From: a virus
Lineage: Duplodnaviria > Caudoviricetes
Length of the DNA: 60,648 bases
IMG/VR virus record: IMGVR_UViG_3300032266_000396
Span: 1 to 60,648 of that record
Direction: 5' to 3' (one strand)
The notes under the pieces are model-generated. The model was not told the origin of the DNA and did no database searches. It saw only the letters and a program-made list of their open reading frames with translations. The translations under genes were made by a program, and so were the position numbers. Position 1 is the stretch's first letter. The number at the start of each line of letters is the position of its first letter. Below, piece after piece: positions 54,201 through 60,648 of the stretch.

Positions 54201-55886
54201 AACTCTTTGAGTAGGAGTAGTTAGATTATCAACATACTCCATAGCAGGAATTTGCAATCCAATAATATTACTTGAAGGAGTTGAAATTATTTTAACAGGT
54301 TGTAGTATTGCATTTATACCGCTTCCATATTTATAAAATGCATCTAAATTATTTGGTAAAAAACAATTTATTTGGTCTGTAAAAGTAGTACCATCGCAAG
54401 ATGTTAAAGTTCCCGGAATAGAACTATAAACAGGTTTAATATTTGTTATTGTACCTATAGCTTGTTGAAACTCAAGACTTGTAGATAAAGCATATACTGA
54501 CGGATAATCAACACTTAAGTTAAAAACAAAGTTTAAATCAGTAAAATTTGTTGTTTCTGCAGGAGGAGTAGCACCGCTAAAATCAGCGTGGTCTATAGTC
54601 ATACTTATTGTTATAGACGAACCTGCTTTTAAACTCAATCCTGTTAAATCAAAAGTTACAATAGACGCATTAATTGTTTTATTTAATGCTGTTGGGTCTA
54701 TATTATAATCCCCATTTCCTGAACCATCAACAATACTTGTTTGTCCTATAGGTTCAGATATTAAAGATGTAAAATAATCAAATTTTACAGGCACTCCATT
54801 TTTGTCAATTAAGTCATAACCTTCAACATAATTACCATACATCAACCTATTGCCCATAATAGTTTGAGCTTTAGCAAAACGAGGAACATTATCGTAAAGT
54901 CTTAAAATTTCAGCTTCATTTAATACTGTAAATATTTTACTATTATTAAATGAATATTGCTGTATTTGATTATCTCCAATACCTAAATTGGCTTTGTCAA
55001 GTTTCTCAATAATTTTAATTATATTCTTGTTTGATTCTTTAAACAACAAATCAATTCCAACTACAAGAGGACCTCCTGAGTTATAATTAATTATTGCTGC
55101 ATTACAATAATTAACCATTCCTTCATTAAGCATACTATTCTTGCTAAACTCAAAAGGCTGAGGAACAAATGCAGGTTCTGACCATTGAGATGTAGCAGAA
55201 TACTCTCCATCTACATATTTGTATCTGTAAGCAAAACATATAAATCTTGTTTCTAAGAAATTCTCTTGCCCATTTGTTTTTATAGGAGTTACAGACGGAG
55301 ATTCAGTAGGCGGTTTTTTTATTACAAGCAAAACCTCTGCTGAAAATTGGTCAATATTTCCAATCGGGTCAGGATACCTATTAGTGGTAGGTCTTATATT
55401 TATAAATCTTGGAGGGTTATAATCATCAGTAAAGAATATTAAATTCTCAATAAGACTAATTCCTGTAATAAGATATTTAGGATTAAAATTTAATGTAGTA
55501 TTTCTACCACCACCATCATCTATACTAATAACGTGATATGTTAATCTGTTTGTTAATACATTAAAAGAAACTATTAAATCTAACCTAGCTGTGGCTCCAA
55601 CATAATAAAACGTAGGGTCGTGAACAAACCAATAGATTGTTTCATTAGCACTATCTTCAATAGCACCAATACATCTTGCATCAATGCTTAAAGGATTTCC
55701 ATCTATATATGTTAATGCAGTCAAAGGTAAATTTCCCTTAGTATTTGTAATGACTCCTACTTCGGCATTTTCCGTTGACCCCATTCTTACATTCATAGCA
55801 TCAACATATTCACCATCAGGCAATAGTCGTTGGTCAACAACTTTGTTCATTCTACCTGCAATAAAATTCCTTGTTATGTTTGCCAT
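51210..55886 (-). CDS. Tail stabilization (nozzle) protein
   Basis: NFIAGRMNK..DQRLLPDGEYVDAMN; FFTDDYNPPRFIN; GNRLMYGNY; FTDAKRGAV. Confidence 0.8.
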   Translation of the reverse strand: MANITRNFIAGRMNKVVDQRLLPDGEYVDAMNVRMGSTENAEVGVITNTKGNLPLTALTYIDGNPLSIDARCIGAIEDSANETIYWFVHDPTFYYVGATARLDLIVSFNVLTNRLTYHVISIDDGGGRNTTLNFNPKYLITGISLIENLIFFTDDYNPPRFINIRPTTNRYPDPIGNIDQFSAEVLLVIKKPPTESPSVTPIKTNGQENFLETRFICFAYRYKYVDGEYSATSQWSEPAFVPQPFEFSKNSMLNEGMVNYCNAAIINYNSGGPLVVGIDLLFKESNKNIIKIIEKLDKANLGIGDNQIQQYSFNNSKIFTVLNEAEILRLYDNVPRFAKAQTIMGNRLMYGNYVEGYDLIDKNGVPVKFDYFTSLISEPIGQTSIVDGSGNGDYNIDPTALNKTINASIVTFDLTGLSLKAGSSITISMTIDHADFSGATPPAETTNFTDLNFVFNLSVDYPSVYALSTSLEFQQAIGTITNIKPVYSSIPGTLTSCDGTTFTDQINCFLPNNLDAFYKYGSGINAILQPVKIISTPSSNIIGLQIPAMEYVDNLTTPTQRVYEYYSFTFAKAVYQEIANPSSLHSNRGYEVGIVYMDEFNRSTTALVSLNNTVFVPCGNSANKNSIQVTIPATQRAPVWATRYKFVIKPDNENYETIYSNIFFTDPNTNNVWFLIEGENMRKVETGDRLVVKSDTSGPTINCTYTTVLEKTSQADNFITPKENVTVIAGLYIKLNPSSFNLVIDPDAIVSPGLERPLVYAGIGDHSCPLGQYPMNLKRTVGYDPLHPLWEYEDYSIPAGSRIKIFIDGNRLGTGSSCECQQAVFSTQFIASRDYDNMYDWWNGDNVSVTLESPSNTVCGGAAFEYIPGLGAPGLCSFNTMYLRFERDPVTNRLWLNCTTGWACSGASADNRRWFVDMQFTVYRAISTIIFETQPSDALPDVFFENNLSLPIDANGNHEGNIQNQDINIGQAAIIDTGFYNCFAFGNGAESYKIRDSIIGRSFNFGERVTTVAAQDYKEADRFSDITYSGIYNGESNINKLNEFNMGLSNFKHCEASFGDIMLLDGRNTDVLTLQEDKISYVLAEKNLLSDASAGGIITATPAVLGTQIARTEKYGISFNPESYVQWGYDRFFTDAKRGAVIQLKGGEDQNEQLTAISNQNMRTWFRDKFNESFNYQKLGGFDPYMNEYVLSMNDQPLPVTPQCISCGTSQTFNLSIGSESIKDLVYCVNLGSSVGQTAINWIFTNIQEGATLEILTEYNGSSTSSGLVNSNGSGNFNKDNISVETATITLRYTGDMVVSVVLSCPLADTLYIVEVVVNNNSEAGQTIHTQYRYTNDTFIGPLLSNLVQLSSGTVSPIVSRYNITSGPVGTGGFPPNFSTMRLFTNAIFPDDFVFNITKNKFRYLKSGRFYDNTSGDINTLLGLSTVATPNSGSTPLYYTDFIVPYTGSTYLYLIWDLRIATLTELCFVENNDRNPCCDCALGNYYLNGANFSEATGIFQDANLIYPSANGFYSQGGIVRELRDGVLLPQQSCEPCFYAITLCYGESALDVCCNCDTI

Positions 55887-55887
55887 A

Positions 55888-56811
55888 TTATTTTATTATC
55901 TTGTCCATACCTCTTAAATTCATTAAGAGTCTTCCCGGATGAATGTTACTGATTCTTATTTTTGCATTTCTTAGCAATGCCGTTCTATCTTTTCTTGCTC
56001 TTGCTATAACATATTCTTGAACATTAAACTTAGAGTTTAATATCTCATACTTGATAGCAGCGTAGATATATTGTTCAAACAACTTATTTACAGTAATAAG
56101 TGAGTTATCTCCTCCTTCCATACCATCAGATATATACTCAACAATACAAGTTTGTCCTGACATACTTGAATCAAAATTAATAACTCCTGCTTTTTTATCA
56201 ATTTTAAAAGTAGGATTAAAATTTGCTGTCTCTGTATTTAAACCAAATGCAGTATTAAAACCATAATCAAAATACCACATACCATCCATATACCAACCCT
56301 CTTGACCGTGGAATTGATTGCCTTGGTTTAAGTAAATGCTTTTTTTTAACTTCATTAACCTATCGTAGTCAATATCAGAGTATTGAGGTCTAAGGATATT
56401 ACCATTTTGGTCAAACAATATATTTGCTTGTTGGTCTTGTAAATAAGCATTAGACGATATAGCTTGAATGTTTTCTGTTAATGGTCTCAACCAACCGTCT
56501 TTGTACAAAGAAATGCGAACCCAGTTCACATAGTCCGAAGGAAGAATATATCTTAAAGAATCTGCAACACTTAACTCTAACACTTTAATTTCTTTAAAAG
56601 CATCATAATTAAGCTCCTGTATAGCTCTTTTTGCGTGAAAGATTACTTTATATCGTTCTTCATTATTTACTAATGAATGGTTTCCCGAATACATCAACAG
56701 GAAATTGTTAACTACATCATCTAAGCTGACATATTGATAAGACCCCCAATTTGCATCTTGAGGGTTATTTCCATTATTGTCATAGTATTCGTATTGAGAT
56801 ATATATGCCAT
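55888..56811 (-). CDS. Tail ring / tubular protein
   Basis: HAKRAIQELNYD, LPSDYVNWVRIS, VEYISDG. Confidence 0.65.
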   Translation of the reverse strand: MAYISQYEYYDNNGNNPQDANWGSYQYVSLDDVVNNFLLMYSGNHSLVNNEERYKVIFHAKRAIQELNYDAFKEIKVLELSVADSLRYILPSDYVNWVRISLYKDGWLRPLTENIQAISSNAYLQDQQANILFDQNGNILRPQYSDIDYDRLMKLKKSIYLNQGNQFHGQEGWYMDGMWYFDYGFNTAFGLNTETANFNPTFKIDKKAGVINFDSSMSGQTCIVEYISDGMEGGDNSLITVNKLFEQYIYAAIKYEILNSKFNVQEYVIARARKDRTALLRNAKIRISNIHPGRLLMNLRGMDKIIK

Positions 56812-56823
56812 TTCTTTTTATTT

Positions 56824-57795
56824 TTATTGTTGCATACTGAATGTAGGTTGTTCGTGTTGTTGTTGAGCAGTACCAAATGCAGATACTTCAAACTCTCTAA
56901 TTTCAACTCCAAAGTACTCTAACATTTTTGTTACTATTTTGTAACCATCTTCATTTGGTAATTCAAAGTCTTGATAATCAAGTTGTGATTGGTCAAATAC
57001 AGGTTCTCCACTTGTTAATGTTATATAGGTCCATTTTGGAGTTTTAGGGTATCTAAAATAAACTGCTTGTACTTGACCTACACTACTTATAGTATTTGGA
57101 TATATTTTAATTGATTGACCTTCAAGAGTATATGATGGATAGAAATTTGATGGCTTTGTTAACGTAGAAGCATTAAGCATTGTTATTTTGCCAACACTAA
57201 CTTTATCTGCTTCTTTAAATTCAGATGATTTTAATATTGTATAACCGTAAGAACTATTATTAGTTGGATTTATATTTGATGCTAAAAGTAATTTGGTATT
57301 TGATACTATTGATGAAATAGTAGTAGAAAGTCCAATATTTCTATCGATAACAATGTCTCCTACCGATAAGCCATCAGATAAAAAAGTAGCTGAAGAATCT
57401 AATAATTCTAAACCAAATGACATAAGTGCTGCGCCTTCTGCAAGTTTATTAGTATAGCATATTATTTTAAGTATATAATATGCATCATTACCTACAGTAG
57501 CAAGCGTAGGTACAGAGAAAATATTATTTTGTACATTTCTATCAAAATTTCTTAAATAATCAGTAACTAAAAATGATTCTAATGTTTCCGCAATAGGTTG
57601 CTCTACATCTGCATAATCTGTTCCTGATACACGTTGATTTTCAGCATTTATAACTTTATTATAACTACTAAAATATTCTTCATATATCTCCATTTGAGCA
57701 TTAGCAGCCACTAAGTTGAAATCTGAAGGAGATATATATCCATAATTATTTTTATTTAATATGGATAATACTGTGTTTCTAACTTCGTTTATCAT
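56824..57795 (-). CDS. Head-tail adaptor / ring protein
   Basis: INEVRNTVLSILNKNNYGYISPSDFN...YFRYPKTPKW. Confidence 0.65.
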   Translation of the reverse strand: MINEVRNTVLSILNKNNYGYISPSDFNLVAANAQMEIYEEYFSSYNKVINAENQRVSGTDYADVEQPIAETLESFLVTDYLRNFDRNVQNNIFSVPTLATVGNDAYYILKIICYTNKLAEGAALMSFGLELLDSSATFLSDGLSVGDIVIDRNIGLSTTISSIVSNTKLLLASNINPTNNSSYGYTILKSSEFKEADKVSVGKITMLNASTLTKPSNFYPSYTLEGQSIKIYPNTISSVGQVQAVYFRYPKTPKWTYITLTSGEPVFDQSQLDYQDFELPNEDGYKIVTKMLEYFGVEIREFEVSAFGTAQQQHEQPTFSMQQ

Positions 57796-57811
57796 TTTTT
57801 AAATCTTTTTA

Positions 57812-57819
57812 CAAATATA
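57812..57819 (-). promoter_or_regulatory. -7 element TATATTTG for the tail operon
   Basis: TAnnTTTG immediately after a terminator. Confidence 0.5.
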
Positions 57820-57822
57820 CAT

Positions 57823-57850
57823 AAAAAAAAGCACAGAAATAATTCTGTGC
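57823..57850 (-). terminator. Intrinsic terminator
   Basis: GCACAGAA/TTCTGTGC hairpin plus T8 on the minus strand. Confidence 0.8.
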
Positions 57851-57878
57851 TAATTTTTGAACTGCTGATACAGCAACC

Positions 57879-58628
57879 TTATTTTTGCAAACTTGCTTCT
57901 AACATTTTAAGCGCATCTAAACCATCATCGCTAGTTAAGAAATATCCTGCTATATCATAAGGGTCTTCTCCAAAAGGAACTGATACCATCTTCTTTCTGT
58001 TAGTCGGTGTGTTGAACCAAATCTCTTTATCGTTGTTTCGCAATGCTAATAACTTCTCTTCAAAGAACAAACGAACTTTAGCTTGAAACTGTAGCTCAGG
58101 GTCATTCAATGTAGCCAAGAATGATTTTGGGTCATTTTTAGCAAATACCAATATATCTCTTTTTAATTCTGATGTAGAAATAGTAGAAGGGTCTTTACCA
58201 AACATTACTCTTGTGAGTATTTCAAGTTGTTCTAATGAAAGTTTTCTTGCTTCAACTAATGCATCAATCTCAAGGTCTAAATCTTGAACCTCTCCTACTG
58301 CATCTTTCTCTTTATCTACTTCAACGAAAACTCTTCCGTTTAAAGGATGGTAATGTAGAAATGCTTGTAATACAGGATTTTCTCTAGGAACTACTAATAG
58401 TCCATCTTCAAACATAATTGGCTCAATGATTGCATTTCCATCTTGTTCGTCTTCAAATGGAGACTTTTGGTTTATTGCATATCTAAGAGCTCTGTTTTGA
58501 TTTTTATCTTCATCAAACCACATTAGTGGGAATCTAGGATGATTTCTTGATGCTAAACTATAGGAAAGTGGATTACCTATTGTTAATTTGTAAACTTTGT
58601 TTACTGGAATTATTTTTACTGCTGACAT
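57879..58628 (-). CDS. Conserved protein downstream of the major capsid gene
   Basis: RALRYAINQKSPFEDEQ...IMFEDG. Confidence 0.7.
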   Translation of the reverse strand: MSAVKIIPVNKVYKLTIGNPLSYSLASRNHPRFPLMWFDEDKNQNRALRYAINQKSPFEDEQDGNAIIEPIMFEDGLLVVPRENPVLQAFLHYHPLNGRVFVEVDKEKDAVGEVQDLDLEIDALVEARKLSLEQLEILTRVMFGKDPSTISTSELKRDILVFAKNDPKSFLATLNDPELQFQAKVRLFFEEKLLALRNNDKEIWFNTPTNRKKMVSVPFGEDPYDIAGYFLTSDDGLDALKMLEASLQK

Positions 58629-58661
58629 TTTATTTATGATTTAATTTGATTTAATAATTTT

Positions 58662-58694
58662 AAAAAATACAGAGCCCCACTAATGAGGCTCTGT
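58662..58694 (-). terminator. Intrinsic terminator after the major capsid gene
   Basis: ACAGAGCC/GGCTCTGT hairpin followed by a T-run on the minus strand. Confidence 0.75.
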
Positions 58695-58709
58695 TATTTA
58701 AACTATATA

Positions 58710-60155
58710 CTATCCGAAACGGAATAATACGAAGTTGTTTGCACCTAAAGTACATACACATCTTTCAGACAAGAAGTTAACCTCCATTGCATCTAAATCA
58801 GATGTTTGAGCACCACCGGCAGAACCAGTAATCCACGTTTTGTAACGTCTATCCTCAGCTTCAGAAGCACGGTATCTTACGTGTAAGAATGGTCTCTTAG
58901 CGTTTTTACCCATAATTTGGTCATACACTGAAGTAGAACCTGCAGGAACTAAAAGCCCTGTAATTGTACCTGTAGCAGTAGATTTAGTTTGATTTAAACC
59001 ACCTCTCATTGTTGGGTCGTTCAAATATTTCCAATCAGACTTGTAGAAATCATAACCTCTACGGAATCCTGTGAAACCTAAGTTTAACGCCATTGCAACA
59101 TCATTGTCAAACAAACCAAATGAAGCACCTTGAGCAGGGGCAGTACCACCTGTTCCTGCAGTACCTAAACCATTCAATCCTGCTAACATATTGTCGATGT
59201 CAAAAGACAATCCACGATTTACAAACAATACATTTTCTTCGATAGCACCTTGTTTATCTAAACGAGAAACAATTGTATCCCAATCAGCTAAAGTAGTTGG
59301 TGTACCACCACCCCAAACATTTCCTCTTTTGTTTACAACATAGAAGATACCTTCAGAACCACCTTGTCCTGTACCTCCAAGGTAAGTAGATGCGCCTGAA
59401 CTTGTTTCAGCAGGAACTGCTTCAATCATTGCAGTTTCAATATAGTCTTCAAAACGTAAACGAGTTTCGTGTTCTGATTTCAAATACCACAAGTAACCTG
59501 TAGCACCGTTTTCAGTAGTAACTTCAACCCATCCGATTTGAGCCATATCAGAACCATTAACAGAATATTTATCTTTTAAGATAATAGGCTTGTTAGAGAA
59601 GATTTCGTCTTCTGCTTCTAATGAACCTGACATTCCTGAAGTTCCTTTTTTAAACTCAGAACCATAAATAAATACAGTACAAGTACTATTAAGTGCAAAA
59701 GCCTGTCCTCCTGCTTCGTAGAAAGCTACTGTAAAAGTAGTTGCAGAATCAACAGTTTTAACGATTGCTTTGTTGTAAACACCTGTAGAGTTGTTTTGAA
59801 TCAATACAGTTTGATTTGGTCTAATTGCGATGTAAGCAACACCTGAATCAGCTACAGTAAACTGAGCACTAGATGCTGCTGCTGCTCCTTCCGCATTTAC
59901 GCTTGTGTATTTGATATGAAGACGACCTTGTTCTGCCCATTTGATTTGGTCAGAATTAGAAGGCATCTCTGCGCCAACCATTCTTAAGAACGATGCGATT
60001 GTACGATTTCCATAACGCTCAAATTCTTTTTCATAAGTATCAGGAAGATACTGAGTTAAGAAGTTGAAGTTAGTAATGTAATTTGTAATTGTAGCTACTT
60101 GCTCCGCTGCCGGTTGCAATTGATAAGTAGGCGAATTTAATAAAGCACTTGCCAT
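58710..60155 (-). CDS. Major capsid protein
   Basis: 481 aa; QYLPDTYEKEFERYGNR, WAEQGRLH, YGSEFKKG, LGFTGFRRGYDFYKSDWKYLND; follows the scaffold gene and has its own terminator. Confidence 0.85.
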   Translation of the reverse strand: MASALLNSPTYQLQPAAEQVATITNYITNFNFLTQYLPDTYEKEFERYGNRTIASFLRMVGAEMPSNSDQIKWAEQGRLHIKYTSVNAEGAAAASSAQFTVADSGVAYIAIRPNQTVLIQNNSTGVYNKAIVKTVDSATTFTVAFYEAGGQAFALNSTCTVFIYGSEFKKGTSGMSGSLEAEDEIFSNKPIILKDKYSVNGSDMAQIGWVEVTTENGATGYLWYLKSEHETRLRFEDYIETAMIEAVPAETSSGASTYLGGTGQGGSEGIFYVVNKRGNVWGGGTPTTLADWDTIVSRLDKQGAIEENVLFVNRGLSFDIDNMLAGLNGLGTAGTGGTAPAQGASFGLFDNDVAMALNLGFTGFRRGYDFYKSDWKYLNDPTMRGGLNQTKSTATGTITGLLVPAGSTSVYDQIMGKNAKRPFLHVRYRASEAEDRRYKTWITGSAGGAQTSDLDAMEVNFLSERCVCTLGANNFVLFRFG

Positions 60156-60174
60156 TTTTTTTTAATTTAAAAGT

Positions 60175-60648
60175 TTATATTCGTTTTATACTGCGGATTT
60201 TTAGACCTTTACCTGAATCAGGATTTACCGCTTTTACCTGCATTCCATCCATCATTTTTGTAACTTGAGGAACTCTGTTTTCAGACATTTGAATATTTTT
60301 AATGCCTTTCATTGTTCCATCAATTGCATCTGCTTGTCCTTGTTCGTAAAAGAACTTTGCAAATCTTTCAGGATTCATAGCAACAGCTAATGACCTATGA
60401 TAACCTGCTGCATCCTTAACTAAACCTTGCTCATCTAAAAACTTATTTATAAAGTTGTTAGGGGTAGCCTGTGCTTTTTTAAGTTCGTTAGCATCTCCGG
60501 GATTGAAAGTGATTCGCTTATCATTAACATTGAACTCAAAACCTTTGAACTCTCCGTTAAATACCTCATCAGTCTTTTGGTTAAACCAATTTCTTTTTCT
60601 TTCATTCTCCTCTTCAATAGTCTTCGCCTGCTTGGTGTATTGCTTATA
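60175..60648 (-). CDS. Putative scaffolding protein, 3' part
   Basis: ...GYHRSLAVAMNPERFAKFFYEQGQADA...; frame continuous with 1..765. Confidence 0.75.
   Translation of the reverse strand, partial: YKQYTKQAKTIEEENERKRNWFNQKTDEVFNGEFKGFEFNVNDKRITFNPGDANELKKAQATPNNFINKFLDEQGLVKDAAGYHRSLAVAMNPERFAKFFYEQGQADAIDGTMKGIKNIQMSENRVPQVTKMMDGMQVKAVNPDSGKGLKIRSIKRI
60526..60648. repeat. Terminal direct repeat, copy 2
   Basis: Identical to 1-123. Confidence 0.97.

Noticed and set aside
3936-56922. Numerous antisense or overlapping ORFs in the track (e.g. 4633..5004, 7955..8320, 16745..17248, 38742..39098, 40926..41285)
   Set aside because: They are shadow frames of long, well-supported genes, with no motifs or start signals
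1-60525. Stop-codon recoding, DGR, retron or prophage integration module
   Set aside because: Genes are intact in the standard code and no reverse transcriptase, integrase or suppressor tRNA is recognisable
60526-60648. 123-bp terminal repeat as a biological DTR
   Set aside because: It falls in the middle of the scaffold gene and the frame is continuous once one copy is removed; most likely an assembly overlap

Overview
The window is a complete, circularly closed dsDNA phage genome of 60,525 bp (bases 1-123 repeat exactly at 60526-60648). It is podovirus-like and most likely infects a Bacteroidota/Flavobacteriia host, judged by repeated TAnnTTTG (-7) and TTG (-33) promoters and A-rich, Shine-Dalgarno-less start regions. 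The minus strand carries the morphogenesis arm: scaffold, major capsid, ring and tail proteins, a 2831-aa virion protein, portal, terminase, tail fibre, lysis genes, small basic proteins and GroEL/GroES. The plus strand (about 18.4-38.4 kb) carries early and replication genes: an amidoligase, a GATase-II/GGCT fusion, HNH, Sak, exonuclease, SSB, primase-helicase, SF2 helicase and VRR-NUC. No DNA polymerase, RNA polymerase or integrase is recognisable. The most striking content is non-coding. (1) Four type III hammerhead ribozymes with covarying stems sit between early genes, each built as [hairpin]-[ribozyme]-[A-rich start region]-ATG. (2) A 16-bp palindrome, GTGTCTTCAAAGACAC, occurs 12 times, including inside four coding genes in different reading frames, and it forms the hairpin in front of three of the ribozymes. 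(3) There is also a pseudoknot in front of the SSB gene, a tRNA-like RNA with a non-canonical anticodon arm, a TACAGC repeat array at the likely genome end, and twin origin-like regions. All calls were made by eye without database searches.
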